NCBI GenBank assembly: GCA_031552995.1
Contig: JAVBMB010000009.1
Coordinates: forward strand, 1,345 to 65,344
Origin: Oscillospiraceae bacterium
Lineage (GTDB): Bacteria > Bacillota > Clostridia > Oscillospirales > Butyricicoccaceae
DNA: 64,000 nucleotides
Reading direction: 5' to 3'
Position 1 is the first letter of the stretch; each line of letters begins with the position of its first letter. Of the stretch, positions 35,973 to 46,235 are shown in pieces. The notes beneath the pieces were generated by a model. That model did not search any database and was not told where the DNA came from. It saw only the letters and a program-made list of their open reading frames with translations. Position numbers and translations under genes: made by a program.

Positions 35973-36344
35973 GTTGCCGTGAACGCTCCGTTTGCGCGGT
36001 GCGCCGCGCCGTGACAACAAAAAGGCAGTGCCGAGGCACTGCCTGAGGTTGCCTGAAAACCCTGCGGGGTTTCAGGCATTTAGCCGGTCCCGCCTGCGGG
36101 CAGGATTTCGCCCATTTTATGCGTAATAATGGCAGGTTAAGGTGATTTTCCACGGACATGTCCGTGGAAAATCACCTTAACCTGCCATTATTACGCATAA
36201 AATGGGCGAAATCCTGCCCGCAGGCGGGACCGGCTAAATGCCTGAAACCCCGCAGGGTTTTCAGGCAACCTCAGGCAGTGCCTCGGCACTGCCTTTTTGT
36301 TGTCACGGCGCGGCGCACCGCGCAAACGGAGCGTTCACGGCAAC

Positions 36345-37565
36345 TCACAACGGCTTTGTCAGTTTGATACACATATTCACGTGCATCGCGACTCCATATT
36401 TAAGCGCCGAAGGGTCAATCCTCACATATGGGCTGTGCAGCGTCGCCGGCTTCGGGTCATTCTTAAAGCTGCCGCCCAGCATCATCAAAGCGCCCGGCGC
36501 CTTGCGGAAGAAATACCCGACATCCTCACCGCCCATGCTCGGCGACTCGGCATATGCCATCCCTTCGCCCATCAGCTCGCGGCCGGTTTCCAGCACAAGC
36601 GCCGCCACATCGGGGTCATTCACTGTCGGCGCGTAGTATGGTGTCAGCTTAAACTCATACTCGCACCCGAACGTCTTTGCGGCATCCGCCACACGCTGCT
36701 CGATAAGCTCAAATGTCCTTTTGCGCACCTCGTCATTAAATGTGCGCACCGTGCCGCCGGCGCGGACATTCGCCGGAATTATATTCCAGCGCGACCCCGG
36801 CGTCTCCAGCGTTCCGATGCTGATGACACACTGGTCAAACGCCGACACGCTGCGCGCCGGAATAAGATTAATCGTTTGAATGGCCACGGCGGCCGCGCTC
36901 ACGGGGTCTGTCGCCGTCTGCGGCGACGAGCCGTGCCCGCCGGTTCCCTTAATCACAAAGTCAAACTGATCCGCGGACGCCATCGCTTCCTTGCGGCACA
37001 CCTTACCCGTGCCGACAGGTGATGTAGAATCGATATGGATTGCAAAGCATGCGTCGACTCCGTCAGCCACGCCCTGCGCAATCATAATCTGCGCACCGTC
37101 GGTTGTCCCCAGCCCAAGCTCGGCGACCTCGGCCTTCCTGCTGTCGGTCGTGCCCTCCTCGGCAGGCTGAAATACAAACTTCACCTTTCCGCACAATTCG
37201 TCCGGGTGCTCCGACATATATTTCGCCGCCCCCAGCAGCATCGCCACATGCGTGTCATGCCCGCACGCGTGCATCAACCCCGGCGACTGAGAGCAGTATT
37301 CCACGCCGCTGGCCTCAATAACCGGCAGGCAGTCCATGTCGGCGCGCAGCAGTACCGTCCGCCCCGGCTTTCCGGTATCAAGCACGCCCATAACGCCGGT
37401 CATGGCCAGGTTTTCCCTCACATCAAGCCCCCATGCGCGCAGCTTTTCCTTTATCAGGGCTGCCGTGTTGAACTCAAAAAAACCCGGCTCGGGATGCATA
37501 TGAATCTGCTTAAATATCTCGATTATCTCCTGCTCGTACGGTGCAATACTCTCAAGCTTAACCAT
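36345..37565 (-). CDS. mirror copy of the M20-family amidohydrolase (34752-35972)
   Basis: The translation in the ORF track is identical, and the coordinates sum to 72317. Confidence 0.9.
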   Translation of the reverse strand: MVKLESIAPYEQEIIEIFKQIHMHPEPGFFEFNTAALIKEKLRAWGLDVRENLAMTGVMGVLDTGKPGRTVLLRADMDCLPVIEASGVEYCSQSPGLMHACGHDTHVAMLLGAAKYMSEHPDELCGKVKFVFQPAEEGTTDSRKAEVAELGLGTTDGAQIMIAQGVADGVDACFAIHIDSTSPVGTGKVCRKEAMASADQFDFVIKGTGGHGSSPQTATDPVSAAAVAIQTINLIPARSVSAFDQCVISIGTLETPGSRWNIIPANVRAGGTVRTFNDEVRKRTFELIEQRVADAAKTFGCEYEFKLTPYYAPTVNDPDVAALVLETGRELMGEGMAYAESPSMGGEDVGYFFRKAPGALMMLGGSFKNDPKPATLHSPYVRIDPSALKYGVAMHVNMCIKLTKPL

Positions 37566-37622
37566 AAAAATCCTTTCAATGCGCAGCGCGCCGTTTACGC
37601 CTGTGCCGCCGCCAATCCCAAA

Positions 37623-38078
37623 TCACTTCCCGGTTGTTGCCGCGTTTCGCGCGCACGCCTCGCGAATCGCACCGACACACAGTGCCCCGGCATTTGAAAA
37701 CCCGCTCTCGTCGGTTTCAGCCGTCAAATACAAATCAACCATCGCCTGATATATAATGTCGGCGATGCCCTTTTGCGTCTCGTCATCGTGGCAGCTACGC
37801 CCAAACACCTGCTGATAGTACAGCGCTCCGGCCATCCTCCGCCCGTCCTCGCCATACGGGTCCAGCCGCATCACAAGCTTTATGCGTTTTTTTCCTTTTG
37901 CGGAATACGCCTCCGGCAGCTCAATCGGCGGCTCAAGCACTTCGATGTACGACGCCGCTACTGTGCCCTTCCTCGTCGCCTCTATACACGCCGAGGTACC
38001 GGGATACAGTGTCACCAGGGCCATGTGACGGCCGTCGGCCAAATCTACCTTGCTGACTATCGCAAGCTTATACTGCAT
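37623..38078 (-). CDS. mirror copy of the hypothetical protein (34239-34694)
   Basis: The translation is identical, and the coordinates sum to 72317. Confidence 0.55.
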   Translation of the reverse strand: MQYKLAIVSKVDLADGRHMALVTLYPGTSACIEATRKGTVAASYIEVLEPPIELPEAYSAKGKKRIKLVMRLDPYGEDGRRMAGALYYQQVFGRSCHDDETQKGIADIIYQAMVDLYLTAETDESGFSNAGALCVGAIREACARNAATTGK

Positions 38079-38494
38079 AAGTGTGCCTCCCAAAACGAAT
38101 ATTACGGCGCTCTGTATGCCGCATGACGATATATATGTTTAATTTTAGCACAAAGCACGCGCATTAACAATAAAATACTGCGTTTTCAGCAGATACATAT
38201 TTCTCTCGCCTCCGCGCTTGCGTTTGAAGTATATACTGCGCCAATTTTCGTCATATTGTCGCTGCGATTCGACGCAAAAACCATCTTCGCCGGCGGTATT
38301 TGCGCCGGAAATCCGCCTGTGTCCATCTCGCCTCCAACCCCGCTGCCCCTGTAACCGCACCCTGCCATTGACAGCCGAGCGCGGCGGCGGTAAACTGAAC
38401 TAAACAATACACAAAACTAAAATCGTACCAAACAGTTCACGCGCTGTCCAAAGCCGCTGTTCCGCCACGCCTGCCATGCAAACGGAGGTGCATT

Positions 38495-39298
38495 ATGCTC
38501 ATAAACAAAATCGAGGCGCTCTACCCCACACTCTCAAAGTCTCAGCAACATATCGCCAGGTTTATTCAGGCAAACTACGGCCAAACGCTGTTCTGTTCTC
38601 TCGCCGAGCTGGCGGGGAAAATCGGCACAAGCACGGCGTCGATTGTCCGCTTCAGCCACGCACTTGGCTACAGCGGGTTTTCGGACATGCAAAAAAACTT
38701 CCAATCTCATGTCATGTCCTCCCCCGCCGTGAAGATTGACATCCCCTCCCTGCGCGACGACGACCAGGCTCACTTATCGCTCGAGAGCGTCGCCAATATG
38801 TTTTCGGCGCTCGACTCCGATTTACTTTTCCGAATCGCCAACTCGGTTATCGACGCAAAAAACATCCTGATAATCGGGTATTTGGACTCATTCGGTATTG
38901 CCGCCGAGCTGCTGCACCAGCTCGACCGCATAAGAGAGAATGTCTATCTGTCGCGCCTGATGGGCGACTGGAATGAGATACTGGGCATCATGACGCCCGG
39001 CACGCTTGTCATTGCGGTGTCGATATCCCCTCACTACACTTACACGTTCGACTGCGCGCGGACGGCAAAGTCCCGCGGCTGCGCCGTTCTGACAATATCT
39101 GATATGCCTTTAAGCCCGTTTACGGCAATAAGCGATTTAATGCTTAACATCGATTTAAATCGTCGCCCCGGCACAAATCTCGCCGACATAACTCCGATAA
39201 CAGCTTATATATACCGCCTGATGAACTACATGCACGTCAACTTCCGCCGGCGTTTTCGACGCGCGCCGACCGAAATCGACGTATATATCGAAAGCTGA
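38495..39298 (+). CDS. mirror copy of the MurR/RpiR-family regulator (33019-33822)
   Basis: The translation is identical, and the coordinates sum to 72317. Confidence 0.85.
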   Translation: MLINKIEALYPTLSKSQQHIARFIQANYGQTLFCSLAELAGKIGTSTASIVRFSHALGYSGFSDMQKNFQSHVMSSPAVKIDIPSLRDDDQAHLSLESVANMFSALDSDLLFRIANSVIDAKNILIIGYLDSFGIAAELLHQLDRIRENVYLSRLMGDWNEILGIMTPGTLVIAVSISPHYTYTFDCARTAKSRGCAVLTISDMPLSPFTAISDLMLNIDLNRRPGTNLADITPITAYIYRLMNYMHVNFRRRFRRAPTEIDVYIES

Positions 39299-39485
39299 TG
39301 GCGCGCAAAAAGGCCGGCACACAGCCGGCCTTCAGGTCTTATTCTTTTGTGCGGATGCTTTCACGCCCCTGCCGTCATCCGCCTTTCACAGGCTGGGCGA
39401 TTGTTTTTAGGCGTATCTTTTTCAAGCTAATGCTTATTGTGGAATGTTTTATATCATTGCACACGTATCCCGTTATTTACTTACT

Positions 39486-40112
39486 CTATTCCATTTTAGA
39501 TTTAATATCTTCAATGATTTCGTCAAAAACTTGCTCCCTATTTGTCGATGTGTCATAAATAGTAAAGCCGTATTTTATTAATTGGCCAGTCATAGATTGA
39601 TTGGATGGAATGAAATCCCGGCTGATTAGCTCTTTCAGCTCATTATCATCCATGCCGTATGTCCATTCGTCTTCCGTATCGTATTTCTTTAAATCAAGGA
39701 AAAAGTCTTCGGCAGTTTTTTTGTTTTGCACCAACCCAATAAGAATAAAATAATCCTTTATTTCATTTATCCCATAGGCGTCCAGAATAGGCAATATTTT
39801 TTCAAAATCGAAATGCCCTCCCTCCAGCACAAACCTGTTTCCTTTCACAGCGTGCTTTCGAAGGTTTAAATCATCAGCCATGCCGTCACTGACAGAAAAC
39901 ATGCCAAGAAAATGGCCGATAAACGGTGCCGCGTTGGCCGTTGCTTTATTATAATCCCACGCAATTCTAACATCCATCTGGGGGTATGACCTGTCAAACA
40001 CGGTCATAAGTTTGTCGAGGCTGATGACAAAGTGATCCAGCTCTTCATTTATCTTTTTCGCCAATGTTGTTTTACCGCTTCTGCCCGGCCCTGCGATGAT
40101 TATGTTTTTCAT
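39486..40112 (-). CDS. mirror copy of the P-loop NTPase (32205-32831)
   Basis: The translation is identical, and the coordinates sum to 72317. Confidence 0.75.
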   Translation of the reverse strand: MKNIIIAGPGRSGKTTLAKKINEELDHFVISLDKLMTVFDRSYPQMDVRIAWDYNKATANAAPFIGHFLGMFSVSDGMADDLNLRKHAVKGNRFVLEGGHFDFEKILPILDAYGINEIKDYFILIGLVQNKKTAEDFFLDLKKYDTEDEWTYGMDDNELKELISRDFIPSNQSMTGQLIKYGFTIYDTSTNREQVFDEIIEDIKSKME

Positions 40113-40219
40113 ATTTTATTACAACCTCCACGATATATAAAAACTCCTCACCTTCTGCTATCATACCATACATCAATAAAAAACATAGCATCTTCTCTAT
40201 CAGATGCTATGTTTTTTAT

Positions 40220-40304
40220 TGGTGGGAGCGGGTGGATTCGAACCACCGAAGTCACTGACAACAGATTTACAGTCTGCCCCCTTTGGCCACTCGGGAACGC
40301 TCCC
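40220..40304 (-). tRNA. mirror copy of tRNA-Tyr (GUA)
   Basis: This is the reverse complement of 32013-32097, checked in the sequence. Confidence 0.88.
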
Positions 40305-40334
40305 CCATATCTATATTGAGTTGTGTTTGAAAAA

Positions 40335-40410
40335 TGGAGCTGGTGGACGGATTTGAACCCCCGACCTGCTGATTACAAATCAGCTGCTCTACCTGCTGAG
40401 CTACACCAGC
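40335..40410 (-). tRNA. mirror copy of tRNA-Thr (UGU)
   Basis: This is the reverse complement of 31907-31982, checked in the sequence (TGGAGCTGGTGGACGG... at 40335). Confidence 0.8.
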
Positions 40411-40480
40411 CTAGCGGATTCCTGCGCGCGAAAATCAGTATAGCATACAGGCGGGCAAAAATCAAGGTGTTTTTTAAGAT

Positions 40481-41155
40481 TCAGTTCTCCTTTTCAATTT
40501 TTTCCGAAACACCGTGTAAAACGGCGAACAGCGACGGCGCCAGCATCGGGTAATCGGTGTTCAGCGAATCCATTGTCATATCAGGCAATCCCACCGGTTC
40601 ACGCTTATTATTATCGGCAAGCTGGCGCAGTTTACCCTCGTGTTTTTTAATTTTCGCGTCGCACAGCTCGGAATAATATGACAAAGGCGTGGCAAACGCG
40701 CCGTCGGCGTTCTTCTTGTCAATGGAATACAGCAGCCTGAACACTTTATAATAGCATGTCGAAAAATATCCTGAAATCTCCTGTACCAGCGACTTGTTGC
40801 CGCATTTGCCCACCAGCTCATACATCAGCGATATGGCGTTAAGCAGCATTTTTTTGCTAAGCATGGCTGACGCACTGCCCTTTAGCACATTGCCGCGCAT
40901 CTCGCTCAGGTCGTCAAGCTCCTCGCCTATTATTGAGGCGCCGTCGCGCGACATTGTGCGCCCCAGCAGATAGTCGGCCGAAACTCCGTAATAATCGGCG
41001 GCGCGCACAACAAAGCTAAGCCCGGGCTCTCTTACACTGTTTTCATAGTGCGAAAGCAGCGCCTGAGACACGCCGAGATCATTTGCAGCCTTACGCTGGC
41101 TGATTTTTTTCTCCTGCCGCAGCAGAGAGAGCGTCCTCGGAAAATCGCTGACCAT
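40481..41155 (-). CDS. mirror copy of the XRE-family regulator (31162-31836)
   Basis: The translation is identical, and the coordinates sum to 72317. Confidence 0.8.
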   Translation of the reverse strand: MVSDFPRTLSLLRQEKKISQRKAANDLGVSQALLSHYENSVREPGLSFVVRAADYYGVSADYLLGRTMSRDGASIIGEELDDLSEMRGNVLKGSASAMLSKKMLLNAISLMYELVGKCGNKSLVQEISGYFSTCYYKVFRLLYSIDKKNADGAFATPLSYYSELCDAKIKKHEGKLRQLADNNKREPVGLPDMTMDSLNTDYPMLAPSLFAVLHGVSEKIEKEN

Positions 41156-41472
41156 TTAATCCCCATCCCACTAAGCGCCGCACGGTTTACCCCTTGCCAT
41201 GCCGTGCCGCTTCAAAACAATAAATCAAGTATAAGCTACGATTTTGAATATGTAAAGGACAAAATATTACGCTGAGTTATATTTTTCGACCGCATTTTTG
41301 TCATGTTTCCACAAATTTGGCATTCCGTGTTTTTTCGTCTCACCGGTCGGCAGAATCAAAATATTTTTGCCGGCACAATATCTTGTCATATAGCGTCATG
41401 CGCAACCGCCATATCTGCTTGCAAAAAAAAACAAATCCGAATATAATATTTATGCAAAAGGAGGGATCAGTC

Positions 41473-41952
41473 ATGTCAATTGATCGGGTTCGTGCATTTT
41501 TTACAAAAATGGGCCGTGCAGACGATATTATGGAATTCGATGTCTCTAGCGCTACAGTCCAGCTTGCGGCGCAGGCTGTCGGCGTCCCCGGCGCGCAGAT
41601 TGCCAAAACCATATCGCTGCGCCATGCCGACGGAGGCTGCATCGTCGTCGTCGCAGCCGGCGACGCAAAAATCAGCAACCGAAAGTTCAAAGATACATTT
41701 GGCTTCAAGGCAAAAATGCTTACCGGCGACGAAGCGCTGGAAAAAACCGGCTACGCCGTCGGCGGCGTCTGCCCGTTCGCCCTGCCGTCCGACGTCAGTG
41801 TATACCTTGATGAGTCTCTGCGCCGGTTCGACTATGTCTATCCCGCCTGCGGCAGTTCAAACTCGGCAATAAAACTCACCTGCGACGAGCTGCAGCAGTA
41901 TTCCTCTCCCTGTTCCTGGGGCGATATCTGCGACATCCCCACGCAGGAGTAA
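41473..41952 (+). CDS. mirror copy of the YbaK/EbsC-type deacylase (30365-30844)
   Basis: The translation is identical. AAGGAGGG precedes ATG 41473. Confidence 0.8.
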   Translation: MSIDRVRAFFTKMGRADDIMEFDVSSATVQLAAQAVGVPGAQIAKTISLRHADGGCIVVVAAGDAKISNRKFKDTFGFKAKMLTGDEALEKTGYAVGGVCPFALPSDVSVYLDESLRRFDYVYPACGSSNSAIKLTCDELQQYSSPCSWGDICDIPTQE

Positions 41953-42152
41953 TACGGGTGTATCCGGCGGTTAAGCGGTCGATATTTTCCGTCATACCGC
42001 AAAAAAACCGCAAAACGGCATAACAGCCGATAAATCAAGCGCAGAGAGGCATCTCCCTGCGCTTATTCATGTAATACAATTTGTGTCATTGCACTCGGCG
42101 TGTCACACACGCGCGGGCGCTGAAACGATTTCAAAAATATACGCCGCGGATA

Positions 42153-43043
42153 CTACCGCACGATTTTGTACAGCGCCTCCAGCGCGTCGTCCGCCGCCGC
42201 CGCGCCGTCACCATATACTTCATCCAGCAGATAATCGGCATACCGCCGCACCCGCATTCGATTTGGCGCAAGCTCCGGATTATCTCTGATCCGCACCAGC
42301 GGCAGTTTCTCATACCCCTGCGTGCCCCGCAGCTCGCGCACCCGCTCTACAAGCCGGTTTTCCAGCACCGCCGGCACCAGGCCCATACCAAAATCGACGG
42401 TAATCACATCCTGCTCTCCGCTCTCGCCCAGCGCTATAAAGCGCAGATATGTATCAATGTCGGCGATGCTCGGCTGCCTTGCGAACTCCTCCAGTATCTT
42501 CTCGCGGCTCTCGCGTACGTGCGGCAGATTTTTCGCCACATGCGCCGCCCTTTCCGCGTCACCCGCTTTAAGAAAGATAAAACTCAGCGCCGCGCGCGTC
42601 GTGTGATGTACCTTCTCGCTCCGATGCCCCTCCAGTACCCTCTCGCACAGCGCTATTGCGCGGCGCAGGTTATCCTCTCCGCCCTCAAGCGCCAGAACCA
42701 TTGCCAGTTCCGACATCATCCCCTCATCATTCGGGTACATCTTCAGCGCCTGCGTCAGCACATCTGCCGCCGCGCCATATTCTCCGAGATATACATGTCT
42801 CTGCTCGGCCACAAATACCTCGCGCTGTGCCTGCACATCGTTTATCCTGTCCATGCCAATCAGCGCATCTACGCTTGTCTTATACAGGATCGCAAGCGCC
42901 GGCAGCAGCGTGATATCCGGATATGTCTCACCTCTCTCCCATTTGCTCACGCTCTGAGGGGAAACCCCCAGTATCTCGGCGACCTCTTCCTGCGTCATGT
43001 CCTTTTTCTTGCGCGCGGCCTTCAGATTCTCGGCAATAAACAT
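42153..43043 (-). CDS. mirror copy of the XRE-TPR regulator with the FlhA-like tail (29274-30164)
   Basis: The translation is identical, and the coordinates sum to 72317. Confidence 0.85.
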   Translation of the reverse strand: MFIAENLKAARKKKDMTQEEVAEILGVSPQSVSKWERGETYPDITLLPALAILYKTSVDALIGMDRINDVQAQREVFVAEQRHVYLGEYGAAADVLTQALKMYPNDEGMMSELAMVLALEGGEDNLRRAIALCERVLEGHRSEKVHHTTRAALSFIFLKAGDAERAAHVAKNLPHVRESREKILEEFARQPSIADIDTYLRFIALGESGEQDVITVDFGMGLVPAVLENRLVERVRELRGTQGYEKLPLVRIRDNPELAPNRMRVRRYADYLLDEVYGDGAAAADDALEALYKIVR

Positions 43044-43159
43044 ACTCTTCCCACCTTAACAAAAATCAGCTTAGGTCGACGCAGTATGAATCTCCGTCAT
43101 CCCAAGCTAATTATAGCAGGTGCCTGTCGATATTCAATATCACGCCGAGCGAGAATAAA

Positions 43160-43939
43160 TCACTCTTCAGGCGAATAAACAAAAATGCTCTTATCCTCGT
43201 TTTGCGCTACAGGCGTCCAGGCAATCCGTTTATTGAAGCGCGAGATATAAGCCGCCTCGGCACTTCCTTCAAAATAAGTCTTTTCAAAATATTTGTCCAT
43301 CACGCCGTCAATACTGCCCGCCGGCACGTATGTTCCGTCGGCACGATGATAATACGGCGTCGAATCACTCGGGTCATTTACATTGTATGTCGTCAACCCT
43401 TCTGTAAGCACAACCTGATACCCGTTATCCGCCACCCTGTAAAAATCATAGGTTGAATACGCGGCCCCGCCTGAACCCGCTATTACAAGTGACTGCCCGT
43501 CGGCGGAAAAATCAAGCCGGTTGCGCGTCCAAAACCCGCGGTCCTCAACTCCCTCAAACAGACGAACCGGCTCATCGCCATGTATTGTGAAGATATCTGC
43601 CATATACAGATACTCCCACCCGCCGTCACCGCTGCGGAAGAAAGCGGCAATCAGCAGCTCATATACTCCGTTTCCGTCCACATCAAAATAGGCATAGTGC
43701 GCCCCGCACAGCTCACTTGGCAGCGTCATTTTTATATAGGGATACCGCTTCGCGTACCCCGTCCCTTTGATAGATCCGAACCCCTCTCTGATTGCGCCTT
43801 CCCAGCTTTCAAGGACCGGCGCGTAAACAGCCTTGGCTTCGGGCGGTATCTTCTCTCCTTTTCTGCCGAACTCATGCGCGCCGCCGGCCATAACGGCAAG
43901 CATTGCGGCGGCAATCACCATCGACAGCAACTTGTTCAT
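43160..43939 (-). CDS. mirror copy of the secreted hypothetical protein (28378-29157)
   Basis: The translation is identical, and the coordinates sum to 72317. Confidence 0.6.
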   Translation of the reverse strand: MNKLLSMVIAAAMLAVMAGGAHEFGRKGEKIPPEAKAVYAPVLESWEGAIREGFGSIKGTGYAKRYPYIKMTLPSELCGAHYAYFDVDGNGVYELLIAAFFRSGDGGWEYLYMADIFTIHGDEPVRLFEGVEDRGFWTRNRLDFSADGQSLVIAGSGGAAYSTYDFYRVADNGYQVVLTEGLTTYNVNDPSDSTPYYHRADGTYVPAGSIDGVMDKYFEKTYFEGSAEAAYISRFNKRIAWTPVAQNEDKSIFVYSPEE

Positions 43940-44162
43940 GGCATACACTCTTTTCAAAAAAATAGCTTACGGCACAATAATACATCCGCGTCTGCGCAAA
44001 TACAACTACAGAAAAGTTACAACTCCCGGCAAAATTGCGCCGATCTCATCATTTCTCGTATCACGCGGCCATGGTATTCTTTTTTTCAGGCGACTGTGAT
44101 ATAATAACCGTTAAGCTGACATTTTTCTCAGAATCGCACAATTTCGGCATGGATAAAACAAC

Positions 44163-44588
44163 TTGTCTGGGGGTGTCGGGGTGCAGGAAGTAGTTTTTCA
44201 TAAGATTGATGATATTGACGATTCGCTGCTAAAGTATGCCGTAATTGTCTCTAAGTATATGGATAAATGGATTTTTTGCAAAAATAAAAAACGCAAATGG
44301 GAATTGCCGGGCGGACACCGGGAGGAAGGCGAATCGATAATTGATGCCGCGAAAAGGGAATTATTCGAGGAAACGGGCGCAAAAAGATTTGAAATCACGC
44401 CGATATGTGTATATTCAATCAACAGCTATGGTTTACTCTTTTATGCCGACATAAAAGAACTGGGCGATTTGCCGGAGTCGGAAATTGAAAAAATAGATTT
44501 TTTTGATGACATCCCGGGCGAGCTGTCCTTCCCGTTGTATCATCCGAAACACTTTGCCAAAGTAAAAGAGGTATTGCGTTTTAAATAA
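44163..44588 (+). CDS. mirror copy of the NUDIX hydrolase (27729-28154)
   Basis: The translation is identical, and the coordinates sum to 72317. Confidence 0.85.
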   Translation: MSGGVGVQEVVFHKIDDIDDSLLKYAVIVSKYMDKWIFCKNKKRKWELPGGHREEGESIIDAAKRELFEETGAKRFEITPICVYSINSYGLLFYADIKELGDLPESEIEKIDFFDDIPGELSFPLYHPKHFAKVKEVLRFK

Positions 44589-44663
44589 GCTTTTTTATCG
44601 GTATCGCATCTTCCGCGGCTGTCAGTTTTCGCTTTCAGTATCACTATATTTGCGAGGTGAAGT

Positions 44664-45950
44664 ATGCGTTTTTTACGTTACATATCCGGTAAGTATCTCA
44701 ATAAACGGCTGGATTTCAAGGTAAAAATCTTCAACGTCCTTGCTCTCGGCGGGGCTATCGTCAGCCTTTTATTCACTGTGTTTCACCTGCTTGTGACCAA
44801 CCCGATAAATGCCATATCCTGCTTCTCGGGCGTTTTCTTGTCATTGGGCCTGCTGCAATACGTCACCAGGACAAAAAAATACGAACCTGCATACATAATA
44901 ACCATCGTATGTGTGTTCCTCATTCTGTTCCCGACACTTTTTTTCACCACAGGCGGGTATCTGTACGGCTTCCCGTCGTTTTTCGTTTTCGCCATTGTGT
45001 TCACGATTTTTATGCTCGAGGGCAAAAAGGCGCTGCTTCTCGCCGCGGGCGAAGTGGTGTTTTACGCCGCGCTGTGCGTAGTCTATTATAATCAAACCGA
45101 GGATCTGTATCGCATAAAAGCCCCTGAGGACGCTTTTGCCGGCACTTTAATTGCCTTTATCTCTGTCAGCATTGTACTTGGCGTCATATTGTTTCTCCAC
45201 TTCCGGCTGTATAACGAGCAGCAAAAGCAGCTGGCTGAGCAAAACGCCATGCTTGACAACATCAGCCAGCTAAAAAGCGAGCTGCTCGGGAACGTATCGC
45301 ACGAGTTAAAAACCCCTCTCACCGTCATTTCAGTACATATCCAGCGGGCCGAAAAGCTTTTCGAGCTTGCGCGCGAAGGTGATGAGGAAAAAATCAGAGA
45401 GTCGTTTGTTCTGGTACAGGATGAAATCAAGCGGATGTCACGGCTTGTCACCAACGCGCTGCGGCTTGCGGCGCTTCAGTCGGCAAACAACGGCGAATAT
45501 GCCGTAAACCCCACCGACGTCCTGCTGACGGGTCTGGCGGCCTACACCTCGCTGCTCGAAAAAAACGGCAACACGCTCGCTCTCGAAATCCCGGACGATC
45601 TACCGATAGTCGTATGCAGCGCGGACATCATTGTGCAGGTTTTGTCCAACCTGCTCAGCAATGCCAACTCCCACACAACCGGCGGCATCATCCGCGTCAG
45701 CGCGCGCGGGGGCGAAAAGATGCTCACGGTCACAATATCGGATAACGGCAGCGGTGTCCCGCCCGAGCTTTTAGGCCATGTGTTTGAGCGCGGCGTCACC
45801 GGCGGCAGCGGAAACGGCCTCGGTCTCCCCATATGCCGCGATCTTATCCGGTATTACGGCGGCGATGTTTCAATTACCAGCGAGCTTGGCTCCGGGACGA
45901 GCGTAAGTTTCACCTTACCGATTTTCAAGCAAGAGGAGGCGCTTGTCTGA
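44664..45950 (+). CDS. mirror copy of the sensor histidine kinase (26367-27653)
   Basis: The translation is identical, and the coordinates sum to 72317. Confidence 0.9.
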   Translation: MRFLRYISGKYLNKRLDFKVKIFNVLALGGAIVSLLFTVFHLLVTNPINAISCFSGVFLSLGLLQYVTRTKKYEPAYIITIVCVFLILFPTLFFTTGGYLYGFPSFFVFAIVFTIFMLEGKKALLLAAGEVVFYAALCVVYYNQTEDLYRIKAPEDAFAGTLIAFISVSIVLGVILFLHFRLYNEQQKQLAEQNAMLDNISQLKSELLGNVSHELKTPLTVISVHIQRAEKLFELAREGDEEKIRESFVLVQDEIKRMSRLVTNALRLAALQSANNGEYAVNPTDVLLTGLAAYTSLLEKNGNTLALEIPDDLPIVVCSADIIVQVLSNLLSNANSHTTGGIIRVSARGGEKMLTVTISDNGSGVPPELLGHVFERGVTGGSGNGLGLPICRDLIRYYGGDVSITSELGSGTSVSFTLPIFKQEEALV

Positions 45951-46235
45951 ACAGTCATCGCGCCCGGCAATATACCACCGATGCTTTACGCCCGCGCTGG
46001 TTGCGCGGGCGTAAAGCAATTTTATGGTACTATTTCGGATGACAGCTCAGCTCACGAGCTGCCGTGGATATCGACAGGCCGGCGCAGGACGCATGCACAA
46101 GTCCCGGCGCATACCGCGCCTTGCTTAATGCACAGCTCACTTCCCACGCAAAACGGCTTCGATATTTTTCCTTTTATCGGGGAAAGCTATATTATTATGT
46201 TGCCATGGTAATTCCGGCGCGGCAATGAAAACGGC

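Noticed and set aside
34620-36020. ORFs of 220 aa and 241 aa antisense to the M20 amidohydrolase gene (mirrors at 36297-37697).
   Set aside because: These are Arg-rich antisense translations of a well-supported gene, a typical artefact of GC-rich coding DNA.
36100-36217. I looked for a library adapter, a hairpin loop or a short unique spacer at the palindrome centre that would prove an artefact directly.
   Set aside because: None is present. Complementarity is continuous through the axis, and nothing resembles the SMRTbell or nanopore adapter sequences I remember. The sequence alone cannot settle artefact versus biology.
34752-37565. A convergent pair of identical M20 amidohydrolase genes, and likewise every other apparent two-copy gene across the axis (two histidine kinases, two GLUG proteins, two tRNA pairs and so on).
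   Set aside because: These are not paralogues or a biological duplication signal. They are the two arms of the same perfect palindrome and should be counted once until the palindrome is validated.
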